From Acidimicrobiales bacterium (GTDB taxonomy: Bacteria; Actinomycetota; Acidimicrobiia; Acidimicrobiales; CADCSY01), in the NCBI GenBank assembly GCA_051005375.1, contig JBPCJK010000062.1, positions 1 through 43,443 on the forward strand: a DNA stretch of 43,443 nucleotides, written 5' to 3'. A model generated the notes under the pieces. That model worked only from the letters and a program-made list of their open reading frames with translations. It had not been told where the DNA came from and did not search any database. Of the stretch, positions 34,401-42,861 are shown in pieces; position 1 is the first letter of the stretch, and every line of letters starts with the position of its first letter. A program made the position numbers and the translations under genes.

Positions 34401-34911
34401 CCGGACGCTGCGCTCCCTGGCCGCCCTGGGCCCGGCCGTGGTCGAGGTGGTCGGCTCCACCCACTACAGCATCGAGGGCAGCGTTGCTGACGGCACGGCC
34501 AGTGTGCACGTGCTCGACACGAGCGGCGTAGCCACCGGCATGGCGTCGCGAACGGAGCGCAACCCGGCGTTGCGAGGCACCAAGCACCGGGTGGCCAGCC
34601 AGCGGGAGGTGACCGTGGCTGTGGGCGCCAGCGACGGGCGAACCGTGGTGATCGCTCCCGAGGTGAAGGACAACCAGACCACCGGCCTGGTGCTGCTGCA
34701 CATCCGCGGTGGCGGACAGCTTCCGGTGGCAGAGGCCCGCGCCGTCCTCGAGGGCTACCAGGGCCGGTACGGCGCCCTGGTCGATGCCGTCACCGAGACT
34801 GAGCCCTCGTTCCTTGACGAGGTGCTGGCCGAGATCCCCATCGTCGAGCTCCTGACGCTCCCGGTGCACGTGCTGGCCCAGCACTGGAGGCCGCAGGCCA
34901 TGGGCGTCTGA
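31438..34911 (+). CDS. giant GlmS-like protein: class-II (Ntn) glutamine amidotransferase + two SIS domains + extra inserts and a C-terminal extension (1157 aa)
   Basis: It starts MCGIIAV (Cys1 nucleophile). GATase motifs are RLEVRGRDSAG, HTRWASVGIVSEANAHP and NGDVDNH. SIS motifs are VVGQGTAAVAG, VSQSGTTTDT, SVASTKAFYAQ and AVVGNGANRIAAEEVRIKLSE. An internal HQAKTVTVG resembles the GlmS C-terminal LAKSVTVE. Confidence 0.8.
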   Translation: MCGIIAVVRRPSRRSPPAPSDIRTGLARAEAGLADQGRATVALEEAAAELEGLDRALRGSAGMACLLAHADLAADLAAVAERLDAETQRLDHEVDRTAPALSGWALESRNAALLRLKDAVWALGRDRLGAARGVAELAGADPGPSAVEAFTSVNTALSALDRLEVRGRDSAGIHLLVDGHGLDLASPEIAALVTARGADPLFRSGSVRTPLGRLSLVYKAAAEIGELGDNTRSLRRAITGDPLLHLAVAGPDARVTVLGHTRWASVGIVSEANAHPLNHEEEPHDQELGEDDEAAGGPSAPYVAVAVNGDVDNHVELRRRRHLRIPAEVTCDTKVVPALVSRSLAHGGAVEEAFRVAVSELEGSMAIAASLAEAPCRLLLAVRGSGQALYIGLADDAYVVASEPYGMVGETSSYLRVDGDAAAGPAGVRGQLIVLDGALDGGGDGLDAVRRWSYDGTRLPVGDDDVHTAEVTTRDIDRADFPHYLLKELSEAPRSLARTLRGRIEDRGGRLGVTLDDDVLPEPVRKRLADGSIARVLVVGQGTAAVAGQSVASAVAGACRRSALRVEALLATELSGFGLDDDMSDVLVVPVSQSGTTTDTNRTVDLVRARGAAVVAIVNRRNSDLVEKADGVLFTSDGRDVEMSVASTKAFYAQVAAGFLLAEGIADAIGCPDRARASALLDGLRRLPAAMERVLAGREAIAEAAFDHAPSRRYWAVVGNGANRIAAEEVRIKLSELCYKAVACDATEDKKHIDLSSEPLVFVCAAGLSGPNADDVAKEVAIYRAHRAAPVVVATEGQEFLEAVATIEVPAVHQSLAFVLSAMVGHLFGYEAALAIDAQALVLREARATIEAGLAVADDDRLLERVARLLGPIAGRILDGLRSGAYDGHLPTASALQVASLLGYATGRWPLEDYQVDHGKLGLPSVVVEDLTNALTRAIEELTRPIDAIKHQAKTVTVGISRSEDVLLGAPLVGAVMAAGASRERLGYRTLRSLAALGPAVVEVVGSTHYSIEGSVADGTASVHVLDTSGVATGMASRTERNPALRGTKHRVASQREVTVAVGASDGRTVVIAPEVKDNQTTGLVLLHIRGGGQLPVAEARAVLEGYQGRYGALVDAVTETEPSFLDEVLAEIPIVELLTLPVHVLAQHWRPQAMGV

Positions 34912-34971
34912 GGACCTGAGCGACGGCGAGGACTACGCCGCAGTACTGGCCGAGAACCCGTTCCGACCGAA

Positions 34972-35796
34972 CTAGCCGCCGAGCAGACCGCCCAGGGTGT
35001 CGAGAAGACCGCCGAGCAGGCCCCCACCGTCCGACGACGGGTTGGCCGTGGTGGCGGCGACGGCCCGGGCTCGGGCCCGGTCCCGCAGTTCGGGGAGGCG
35101 CTGGTAAAGACCGTCGCCCGGACAGCCGGTGGACACCACGTCACGATGGCCGATGAGCGCTCCCGCTGCCCCCGGATCGATGCTGCGGGAACCGAGCTTC
35201 CAGGCGACCACGGCGACCACGGCCTCGAGAGTGGCCTCGGTCGGGGTGACCCCACCGTCGGCATAGTTCCCGAGGATGGCGATGCCCACGCTGCCGGCGT
35301 TGTGTCCGAGGGCATGGGCACCGATCACCTCCCGGCCTGATCCGTCCTCGCCGTCGTGGAGCTCGCCGGGGCCGTAGTTGCGGGCGAAGCGCCCCTCGTA
35401 GACCCGACCGGCGCTGTCGACGACGAAGTTGTAGCCGATGTCGGCCCATCCGTTGCCCCGTACGTGGAACTCCTGGATGGCACGGATGCGCCCGGCCGGG
35501 TCAGGCTCGTTGGTGGCGGTCACCGTGTGGTGGACGATGGCCCGGTTGACGGGGGCGAAGTCGGGGCTAGCGCGGCGCAGCGACTCGTCAGCTCCCCACT
35601 GCTCACGGGTGACGATGGGAGGGGCGACGACGACGGCGGCGATGGTTGCAGCGCTGCTGAGGTCGGTGGCGGGGACCGCCGCCCCCAGCGCCCGTAGTGC
35701 TCGGGGCCCGAGCGTGAGGGCGCCGGCGCCGACCACGCCCTGCCACAGCAGTTGGCGGCGTTGCAGGTGGGGGACGGGTCTGTCGTGGTCGTGCAC
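34972..35796 (-). CDS. secreted N-acetylmuramoyl-L-alanine amidase (Amidase_2/PGRP fold)
   Basis: The twin-arginine signal reads QRRQLLWQGVVGAGALTLG. Amidase_2 motifs are AIVHHTV, IQEFHVRGNGWADIGYNFVVD and GAHALGHN. Confidence 0.85.
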   Translation of the reverse strand: MHDHDRPVPHLQRRQLLWQGVVGAGALTLGPRALRALGAAVPATDLSSAATIAAVVVAPPIVTREQWGADESLRRASPDFAPVNRAIVHHTVTATNEPDPAGRIRAIQEFHVRGNGWADIGYNFVVDSAGRVYEGRFARNYGPGELHDGEDGSGREVIGAHALGHNAGSVGIAILGNYADGGVTPTEATLEAVVAVVAWKLGSRSIDPGAAGALIGHRDVVSTGCPGDGLYQRLPELRDRARARAVAATTANPSSDGGGLLGGLLDTLGGLLGG

Positions 35797-35858
35797 GGAG
35801 TGAGGCTAATCCACTCAGGCCCATGTGAGCCAGGGCCGCCGGCGCCCGAGCGCCGTCA

Positions 35859-35883
35859 GTTCACCGGCGAACCTCTGGTTCGC
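35859..35883. repeat. second copy of the 25-bp motif GTTCAC-N2-GCGAAC-N5-GTTCGC
   Basis: It has the same half-site order and spacing as 27455..27479. It lies in the divergent region between the amidase gene and nnr. Confidence 0.4.
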
Positions 35884-35885
35884 CT

Positions 35886-37343
35886 GTGGTTCAGCAACAA
35901 TGGTCTTCCGTGATCCCGATCGTCACCCCCGAGGAGATGGCGGTGGTTGACGCCGCCGCCTGCGACCCGGTCGAGGTCCTCGTGGCCCGGGCGGGCGCGG
36001 CGGTGGCCCGAGCGGCGGTCGAGTTGATGGGCGGCATGTACGGACGGCGGGTCGTGGTGGTGGCGGGCAAGGGCAACAACGGGGCCGACGGTCGCCACGC
36101 CGCCGGCTGGCTCCGTCGCCGAGGCGTGCGGGTGACGTTGATCGATGCTGCCGACGCCGGCCGCCGGCACTCCCCCCTTCCGGTCTGCCATCTGGTGATC
36201 GACGCTGCCTACGGCACCGGCTTTCGGGGGACGTGGTCAGCCACGGCGGATCATCGCCGTAAGGGGTATAGAGCCCCCGACCCGGGCCAGGCGCCGGTGT
36301 TGGCCGTCGACATCCCGAGCGGGGTGGACGGGCGCACCGGCGAGGCCGGCGACGGCGTCCTGGGCGCCCGACGAACCGTGACCTTCGCCGCCCTAAAGCC
36401 GGGACTGTTGTTGGGGCGAGGGCGGACCCTGGCCGGCCAGGTAACAGTGTCCGACATCGGCCTCGATGCCGGTCCCTGCGCCCACGCCCACCTGCTGACA
36501 GAAGCCGACGTGGCTGCCCGACTGCCTCCCCGGCCCCCCGAGACCCACAAGTGGCGCACGGCGGTCTGGGTTGTGGCCGGGAGCCCGGGCATGACCGGCG
36601 CCGCCTTCCTGGCTGCCCGGGGCGCCCAGCGGGCAGGGGCCGGCTACGTGCGCCTGAGCTCGCCCGCGGCCGGTACGGACAGTGGCGGTGAAGGAGCGCC
36701 GGTGGAGGCGGTGCGCACGGCCCTGCCCGCCCACCACTGGGCCGACGTCGTGCTGGGCGACCTCGACCGCTTCCACGCCGTGGTCGTCGGTCCCGGGCTC
36801 GGCCGTGATCCGGCCACGACCGCTGAGGTACGCCGCCTGGTCGACCGCAGCCCGGTGCCGGTGGTGGTCGACGGCGACGGCCTGGCCGCCCTGGGCGAGC
36901 GCCCGACGGGCCTGGTAGCCACCACCGTGGTGACGCCTCACGACGGCGAGTACGCCCGCTTGACCGGGCATCGTCCCGCTGCCGACCGCCTCGCCGCTGC
37001 CCGCCAGCTCGCTGCTGACAGCGGGGCCACCACCCTGCTCAAGGGCTCGACCACGGTCGTGGCCGAGCCTGGAGGCGAGGTCCTGGTCAGCACCACCGGC
37101 GGGCCGGCGCTGGGCACCGCCGGCACCGGCGACGTGCTCTCGGGGGTGGCGGGAGCGATGCTCGCAGGTGGACTCCCCCCGGCGCTCGCCGCCGCTACCG
37201 CCGCCTACGTCCATGGCCGGGCCGGCGCTCTAGGCTGGCCTCGGGGACTTGTGGCCGGCGACCTTCCCGACCTCCTCCCCGCCGTCTTCGCCCAGCTCCT
37301 CTCCCACCCAGTGCAACCCGACCACCACCACGACCACGACTGA
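35886..37343 (+). CDS. nnr: bifunctional NAD(P)H-hydrate repair enzyme (epimerase / ADP-dependent dehydratase)
   Basis: The YjeF_N motif is VVVVAGKGNNGADG. The C-terminal kinase-fold motifs are VVVGPGLG and GTGDVLSG. The start is uncertain (GTG 35886 or GTG 35910). Confidence 0.85.
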   Translation: MVQQQWSSVIPIVTPEEMAVVDAAACDPVEVLVARAGAAVARAAVELMGGMYGRRVVVVAGKGNNGADGRHAAGWLRRRGVRVTLIDAADAGRRHSPLPVCHLVIDAAYGTGFRGTWSATADHRRKGYRAPDPGQAPVLAVDIPSGVDGRTGEAGDGVLGARRTVTFAALKPGLLLGRGRTLAGQVTVSDIGLDAGPCAHAHLLTEADVAARLPPRPPETHKWRTAVWVVAGSPGMTGAAFLAARGAQRAGAGYVRLSSPAAGTDSGGEGAPVEAVRTALPAHHWADVVLGDLDRFHAVVVGPGLGRDPATTAEVRRLVDRSPVPVVVDGDGLAALGERPTGLVATTVVTPHDGEYARLTGHRPAADRLAAARQLAADSGATTLLKGSTTVVAEPGGEVLVSTTGGPALGTAGTGDVLSGVAGAMLAGGLPPALAAATAAYVHGRAGALGWPRGLVAGDLPDLLPAVFAQLLSHPVQPDHHHDHD

Positions 37344-37353
37344 GGCCGCCCTC

Positions 37354-37824
37354 ATGCCCCGCTCCATGCTCGTCCGCACGCTCATGACCACCGACGTGGT
37401 GACCTTCTCTCCTGACGAACCGGTGCAGGATGCCACCCGCCGCCTGGTCGAGCGCGACGTCGACGGGGGGCCGGTGGTCGACGACGAGGGTCTCGTCGTC
37501 GGCATGCTCACCAGCGACGACCTGCTGGTGCAGGAGACCAAGCTGCACTACCCGACGGTGATCTCGCTGTTCGGCGCCTACCTGGAGCTGCCGTCGTCGC
37601 ACCGCCGTTTCGAAGCCGACCTGCGCCGTGCCGTGGGCGCCACCGTGGGCGACGTCATGCACGTCGAGCCGGTTTCCTGCGCCGACGACGACACCCTCGA
37701 GCGGGTGGCCACGCTCATGCACGAGCACGAGGTGAGCCGCTTGCCCGTCACCCGCGACGGTCAACTGGTGGGCATCATCGCCCGGGGCGACATCCTCAGG
37801 GCGGTGATGGGCGAAGGTCCTTAG
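37354..37824 (+). CDS. CBS-domain pair protein
   Basis: 156 aa from ATG 37354. It has two CBS motifs (VRTLMTTDVVTFSPDEPV...GGPVVDDEGLVVGMLTSDDLL and VGDVMHVEPVSCADDD...SRLPVTRDGQLVGIIARGDIL). Confidence 0.8.
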   Translation: MPRSMLVRTLMTTDVVTFSPDEPVQDATRRLVERDVDGGPVVDDEGLVVGMLTSDDLLVQETKLHYPTVISLFGAYLELPSSHRRFEADLRRAVGATVGDVMHVEPVSCADDDTLERVATLMHEHEVSRLPVTRDGQLVGIIARGDILRAVMGEGP

Positions 37825-37825
37825 G

Positions 37826-38995
37826 TTGGTCAGCGACCGGCCGGCCTGGGTCGAGGTCGATCTCGACGCCGTGGCCGCCAACGTGCGCACCCTGGCGGCG
37901 GTGGCGGGGCCGGCGCAGCTGTGCGCAGTGGTCAAGGCCGACGGGTACGGCCACGGGGCGGTGGCCGTGGCCCGGTCCGCCCTTGCTGCCGGCGCCTCCT
38001 GGCTGGGGGTGGCAATGGTGGGCGAGGCGCAGGTCCTGCGGGCAGCAGGGATCGCCGCGCCCATCCTGGTGCTCTCCGAGCCGTCACCTCCTGAGCTCGA
38101 CGACGTGGCTGCTCTCAGCCTGCGCCCGTCGTTGTACACCCACGCCGGGATCGAGGGCATGGCCAAGGCGGTGGCCCGGGCGGGACGTGATCCGGTCGGG
38201 GTGCACCTCAAGGTCGACACCGGCATGCACCGGGTGGGTGGCCCGCCTGAGCAAATGGTGGCGCTGGCCCACGACGTCGTCGAGCGCCCGGAGCTGTTCC
38301 TGGAGGCGGTGTGGACCCATTGCGCCACCGCCGACGAGCCCGACAACCCCTTCACCGAGGTCCAGGCGGCGCGCTTCGAGGCGGTGCTGGCCCAGTTGGC
38401 GTCGGCCGGCATCCGGGCGCCGCTGGTCCACGCCGCCAACTCCGCAGCGACGCTCGACCACCCCCGGTTGCGCCACGACCTGGTTCGGTGCGGCATCGCC
38501 GTCTACGGCCTCGACCCCCGACCTGGCTCGGGCGGCCGGGGGCCGGTGCTGCGGCCTGCGCTTTCCCTCAAGGCCAGGGTCACCCTGGTCAAGGTGGTGG
38601 CCGCAGGAGAGGCGGTGTCCTACGGGCAGCGTCACCGCTTCGGGACCGACTCGTTGGTGGCGACGGTTCCCCTCGGCTACGCCGACGGCGTCGCCCGCCG
38701 CCTTTCCGAGGTGGGCGGGGAGGTGCTGGTGGGCGGCCGACGGCGCCCCATCGTGGGCACCATCACCATGGACCAGCTCCTGGTCGACTGTGGGCCCGCC
38801 CCCGGCGCGGCGGGGTCGGGGGCGGCCGCACCCGCCGCTGCCGTCCAGGCGGGGGACGAGGTCGTGCTCATCGGCGAACAGGACGGTCAACGCATCTCCG
38901 TCGAGGAGTGGGCGGCGCGCCTCGGCACCATCACCTACGAGGTGGTGTGCGCCATCTCCTCCCGGGTGCCCCGTCGCTACCTCGGCGGCTCCTGA
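37826..38995 (+). CDS. alr: alanine racemase
   Basis: The PLP-lysine motif [11 protein letters not shown] is present, with [10 protein letters not shown] and VSYG. The start is TTG. Confidence 0.93.
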   Translation: MVSDRPAWVEVDLDAVAANVRTLAAVAGPAQLCAVVKADGYGHGAVAVARSALAAGASWLGVAMVGEAQVLRAAGIAAPILVLSEPSPPELDDVAALSLRPSLYTHAGIEGMAKAVARAGRDPVGVHLKVDTGMHRVGGPPEQMVALAHDVVERPELFLEAVWTHCATADEPDNPFTEVQAARFEAVLAQLASAGIRAPLVHAANSAATLDHPRLRHDLVRCGIAVYGLDPRPGSGGRGPVLRPALSLKARVTLVKVVAAGEAVSYGQRHRFGTDSLVATVPLGYADGVARRLSEVGGEVLVGGRRRPIVGTITMDQLLVDCGPAPGAAGSGAAAPAAAVQAGDEVVLIGEQDGQRISVEEWAARLGTITYEVVCAISSRVPRRYLGGS

Positions 38996-39033
38996 GAGTC
39001 GGCGGCTCCTGAGGGGCCGGGTACGCTCGCTCC

Positions 39034-39657
39034 GTGGCGGACCTTGATGCCATCGCCGTCGACGCCAGCACGTGCACCCGTTGCCCGCTGGCACTCGGGC
39101 GCACCCATGTCGTCTTCGGCATGGGCAACCCCGATGCTGAGCTGGTGTTCGTGGGAGAAGGCCCCGGAGCCGACGAGGACGCGGCAGGCCTGCCCTTCGT
39201 GGGCCGGTCGGGCAAGCTGCTCGATCGGCTGATGGCCGAGGAGATGGGCCTGACCCGGGCGCACTGCTACATCACCAACATGGTGAAGTGCCGCCCTCCC
39301 GGCAATCGGGATCCCAGGTCAGAGGAGGTGGACGTCTGCCGGTCGTGGCTGGACCACCAGATCGACATCATCGACCCTCGGGTGGTGGTGACCCTCGGCA
39401 ACGTCGCCACCCGGGCGCTGTTGGGCCGCACCGAAGGGATCACCCGCCTGCGGGGCCAGGCCTATCCCTGGAACGACCGCCTGCTGGTACCCACCTACCA
39501 TCCGTCGGCGGTGCTGCGGGGAAGCCCGGGCGCCATGGCCGGGATGCGAGCCGACCTGGTCCGGGCCAAGCTGGTGCTCGACGGGTCAGGCCCGTCCGTC
39601 GTACCCGAGAGGCCCGCCGGGGCAGGGACGCCGGCGTCCGACCTGGCGCCCAGATGA
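39034..39657 (+). CDS. family 4 uracil-DNA glycosylase
   Basis: CTRCPL (Fe-S Cys), the GEGPGADED motif, [11 protein letters not shown] and HPSAVLR are present. Confidence 0.85.
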   Translation: MADLDAIAVDASTCTRCPLALGRTHVVFGMGNPDAELVFVGEGPGADEDAAGLPFVGRSGKLLDRLMAEEMGLTRAHCYITNMVKCRPPGNRDPRSEEVDVCRSWLDHQIDIIDPRVVVTLGNVATRALLGRTEGITRLRGQAYPWNDRLLVPTYHPSAVLRGSPGAMAGMRADLVRAKLVLDGSGPSVVPERPAGAGTPASDLAPR

Positions 39658-40193
39658 GCTTGGCTATGGTGACCACCAACGTGGCCCAGACCCAGGCCGT
39701 CGCCGCCTCCCTGGCCGAGCTGGCCCGGCCGGGCGATCTCCTGCTCCTGGCCGGCGAGCTCGGCGCCGGCAAGACCGCCTTCGCCCAAGGATTCGCCCGG
39801 GGTCTGGGCGTGGAGGAACCGGTCACCAGCCCCACCTTCACACTGGTGCGCACCTACGACGGCGGCAGGCTGCGCCTGCACCACGTGGACGTGTACCGGC
39901 TCGAGAGCCTTCAGGAAGCTCTCGACCTGGGCCTGGCGGAGATGGTCGACGAAGGCTCGGTGACCCTGATCGAGTGGGGCGACGTGGTGGCGCCGGCCCT
40001 TCCGTCGGACTTCCTCGAGGTGCGCCTGGGCTACGGCAGAGGTGACGACGAGCGCACCATGGCGCTGCGGACGGTGGGTGGTCGCTGGTCGTCCCGAGCC
40101 CACACCCTCCGCCGCCTCCTCGCCCCCTCATCACCGGAGCCCGCACCGCCGGAGCCAGCGTCGCCGGAGACCGGGGGAACGGTGACGTGCTGA
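39654..40193 (+). CDS. tsaE: tRNA t6A37 biosynthesis ATPase TsaE
   Basis: The P-loop GELGAGKT, SPTFTL and HVDVYRL are present. Its ATG overlaps the UDG stop (ATGA). Confidence 0.85.
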   Translation: MSLAMVTTNVAQTQAVAASLAELARPGDLLLLAGELGAGKTAFAQGFARGLGVEEPVTSPTFTLVRTYDGGRLRLHHVDVYRLESLQEALDLGLAEMVDEGSVTLIEWGDVVAPALPSDFLEVRLGYGRGDDERTMALRTVGGRWSSRAHTLRRLLAPSSPEPAPPEPASPETGGTVTC

Positions 40194-40918
40194 TCCTGGG
40201 CATCGAGACGGCCACCCCCCAGGTGGGTTGCGCCATCGGCGGTCATGAAGGGGTGCTGGCGTCCTTCCACGCCACCAAGGGCCGTCGCCACGCCGAGACC
40301 CTGGTGCCGGGAATCGACTTCATCTGCCGGCAGGCTCGCGTCGGCCTTGACGAGATCGGGGCGGTGGCGGCCGACGTCGGGCCCGGGCTGTTCACCGGGC
40401 TGCGGGTGGGGGTGGTGAGCGCCAAGGCCATGGCCATGGCCCTGCGGGTCCCGGTCATCGGCGTCTCCAGCCTCGATCTGCTGGCCTTCCCCGTGCGCTG
40501 GACCCACCGTCGCATCGTTTCGGTGATCGACGCCCGGAGGGGGGAGGTCTTCTACCGTTTCTACCGCCAGGTTCCCGGTGGCGTGCAACGGCTGTCCGAG
40601 CAGCGCGTCGGCGGCCCTGACGAGCTGTGCTCGGAGATCCTGGCCACGGGCGAGGACTTCCTGGCCGTCGGCGACGGCGCCCTGCGCTACGCAGGCCAGC
40701 TCCAGGAACTGACCAGGGTCGAGATCGGGGAGGCCGGGCTGGCCTACCCGTCAGCCGGTTCGCTGGTCCAGTTGGCCCACGCCCGGGCCCTGCGCGAGGA
40801 GTTCATCAACCCTTGGGAGCTGGCGCCCGTCTACCTGCGCAAGGCCGACGCCGAGATCAACTGGCAGGCCCGGGACCACCTGGCTGGCGCGGGCGCCGTC
40901 GAGGGGACATTGGAGTGA
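40187..40918 (+). CDS. tsaB: tRNA t6A37 biosynthesis protein TsaB
   Basis: ILGIETATPQVGCAI and GPGLFTGLRVG are present (YeaZ family). It sits between tsaE and rimI. Confidence 0.85.
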   Translation: MLILGIETATPQVGCAIGGHEGVLASFHATKGRRHAETLVPGIDFICRQARVGLDEIGAVAADVGPGLFTGLRVGVVSAKAMAMALRVPVIGVSSLDLLAFPVRWTHRRIVSVIDARRGEVFYRFYRQVPGGVQRLSEQRVGGPDELCSEILATGEDFLAVGDGALRYAGQLQELTRVEIGEAGLAYPSAGSLVQLAHARALREEFINPWELAPVYLRKADAEINWQARDHLAGAGAVEGTLE

Positions 40919-40920
40919 CG

Positions 40921-41481
40921 ATGAGTGCCTCTCACTTGCGAACCCACGATCCCCGGGTCGACGTGCGGGTGGTGCCCATGCGCCGGCGCCACCTGCGCAG
41001 CGTGTTGCGCATCGAAGGTCAGGTCTGCCCCCGGCCCTGGACGGCAGGGATGTTTCTCTCCGAGCTCGGGTTGGGCCCGGACCGGTGCTACCTGGTGGCC
41101 CGGACGGACGCCATGTTGGTGGGCTACGGCGGTCTCATGATCGGGGCCAACGAGGGCCACGTCACCACGCTTGCGGTCGACCCGTCATGGCAACGGCGCA
41201 CGGTCGGGGTCCGCCTCCTCCTCGGCTTGGCCGAGTGGGGGGTGGAGCACGAGTGCCGGGGGTTGACCCTGGAGGTGCGGATGGGCAACGTCGCCGCCCA
41301 GGCCCTCTACCGCCGCTTCGGTTTCGTGCCTGCCGGCGTGCGCCGCAACTACTACGCCGAGACCAACGAGGATGCCTTGATCATGTGGGCCCACGACATC
41401 GGTTCTCCCGCCTACGGCGAACGCTTGTCCGCCATAGGCGCCGGGCTCGCCGAGCGGGCCCCGCTCGGAGGCTCCCGGTGA
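40921..41481 (+). CDS. rimI: ribosomal-protein-alanine N-acetyltransferase (GNAT)
   Basis: The GNAT core reads LAVDPSWQRRTVGVRLL and LEVRMGNVAAQALYRRFGF. Its position between tsaB and tsaD is conserved. Confidence 0.8.
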   Translation: MSASHLRTHDPRVDVRVVPMRRRHLRSVLRIEGQVCPRPWTAGMFLSELGLGPDRCYLVARTDAMLVGYGGLMIGANEGHVTTLAVDPSWQRRTVGVRLLLGLAEWGVEHECRGLTLEVRMGNVAAQALYRRFGFVPAGVRRNYYAETNEDALIMWAHDIGSPAYGERLSAIGAGLAERAPLGGSR

Positions 41482-41495
41482 GGGGAGCGGGAGCG

Positions 41496-42509
41496 GTGAC
41501 CACCGGTCCGGACACGATCGTGCTCGGCATCGAGACCAGTTGTGACGAGACGGCAGCGGCGGTGGTGGTCGGGGGCAGCGACGTCCGCTCGTCGGTCGTC
41601 TCCAGCCAGGTCGACCTTCATGCCCGCTTCGGCGGGGTGGTACCCGAGATCGCCAGCCGAGCCCACGTCGAGCTCTTGGCTCCCGTGGTGGCTGAGGCGC
41701 TGGTGGAGTCTGGAGTCGAGGGGGCCGACATCGACGCCGTCGGCGCCACCGTGGGCCCTGGGCTGGTTGGTTCCCTGCTGGTCGGGGTGGCCGCGGCCAA
41801 GGCCATGGCTCTGGTCTGGGACATCCCCTTCGTCGGGGTCAACCACCTCGAAGCTCACCTCTACGCCGCCTTTCTCGAGGAGCCCGACCTCGAGCCGCCG
41901 CTGATGGCGCTGCTTGTGTCGGGAGGCCACACCCTGTTGGTGGCCATGGAAGGCCATGGCCGCTACCGGGTGCTCGGGTCAACCATCGACGACGCCGCCG
42001 GTGAGGCCTTCGACAAGGTCGCCCGCTACCTCGGCCTCGGCTACCCCGGAGGCCCGGCCATCGACAGGGTGGCTATGGCCGGCGATCCCGCTGCCTTCGA
42101 CTTCCCCCGGGCCATGCTCGACCACGACTACGACTTCAGCTTCTCAGGGCTGAAGACGGCAGTGGTCACCTTCGTGCGCCAACACCCCGATGTGGCCACC
42201 GAGGACGTGGCCGCCAGCTTCCAGCAGGCGGTCGTCGACGTGCTGGTGGCCAAGGCCCGCCGGGCGGCTCGAGCGGTGGGCGCCACCACCCTCTGCCTGG
42301 GCGGGGGGGTGGCGGCCAACTCGCTGTTGCGGGAGCGCTTCCTCGACGTCTGCGCCGAGGACGGGCTCCGCTGCCTGTTGCCCAGCCGGTCCATGTGCAC
42401 CGACAACGCCGCCATGGTGGCGGCGGCAGGGTGGTGGCGACTGGGCGCCGACGGACCCACACCCCTCGACGCCGGGGCCGAGCCCAACCTCCGGCTCCCG
42501 AGCCGGTGA
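41496..42509 (+). CDS. tsaD: tRNA N6-adenosine threonylcarbamoyltransferase TsaD
   Basis: GIETSCDETAAAVV, the metal site NHLEAHL and LVSGGHT are present. GTG 41496 is chosen within the longer ORF. Confidence 0.93.
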   Translation: MTTGPDTIVLGIETSCDETAAAVVVGGSDVRSSVVSSQVDLHARFGGVVPEIASRAHVELLAPVVAEALVESGVEGADIDAVGATVGPGLVGSLLVGVAAAKAMALVWDIPFVGVNHLEAHLYAAFLEEPDLEPPLMALLVSGGHTLLVAMEGHGRYRVLGSTIDDAAGEAFDKVARYLGLGYPGGPAIDRVAMAGDPAAFDFPRAMLDHDYDFSFSGLKTAVVTFVRQHPDVATEDVAASFQQAVVDVLVAKARRAARAVGATTLCLGGGVAANSLLRERFLDVCAEDGLRCLLPSRSMCTDNAAMVAAAGWWRLGADGPTPLDAGAEPNLRLPSR

Positions 42510-42528
42510 ACCCTATACCTGTGCTGAT

Positions 42529-42861
42529 ATGCTGCTCACCGTGGACGGGGGCTTGCTCATCCGGGAGGCACGCCTCCGGGCTGGCCTGACCCAGGCCGAG
42601 CTGGCCCGCCGGGCGGGCACGTCCCAGCCCGCCATCGCCCGCTATGAACGGGGTGACGTGTCTCCCCGGGTCGCCACCCTCGACCGCATCATCCGGGCCT
42701 GCGGACTCGAGCTGGTACCTGCCCTGGTCGACTACGACGACCACGACCGCACGTTGGCCTTCCGGCTCATGGATCTGACGCCGGGTGAGCGCTTCCACCG
42801 CTTCTTGACCTTCGTGGCTTTCGCCGAGAACCTGGCCAGAGCCCGTCCAGTGGCCTCGTGA
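42529..42861 (+). CDS. XRE-family HTH protein (candidate antitoxin/regulator)
   Basis: 110 aa from ATG 42529. The HTH reads LTQAELARRAGTSQPAIARYERG. Its stop overlaps the GTG of the next gene (GTGA). Confidence 0.75.
   Translation: MLLTVDGGLLIREARLRAGLTQAELARRAGTSQPAIARYERGDVSPRVATLDRIIRACGLELVPALVDYDDHDRTLAFRLMDLTPGERFHRFLTFVAFAENLARARPVAS

Noticed and set aside
34972-35040. The Gly/Leu-rich C-terminal tail of the amidase (GGLLGGLLDTLGGLLGG), with the repeated ccgccgagcag DNA motif, as a sorting signal or separate element.
   Set aside because: It is short and low complexity, with no recognisable sortase, LPXTG or anchor motif. I cannot support any function from sequence alone.
35797-35885. 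A cyclic-di-AMP (ydaO-type) riboswitch upstream of the cell-wall amidase gene, as is often seen before actinobacterial wall hydrolases.
   Set aside because: The whole intergenic region is about 89 nt, shorter than that riboswitch. I could not recognise its conserved pseudo-symmetric core. Only a 5-bp hairpin (35797..35815) and the shared palindrome are present.
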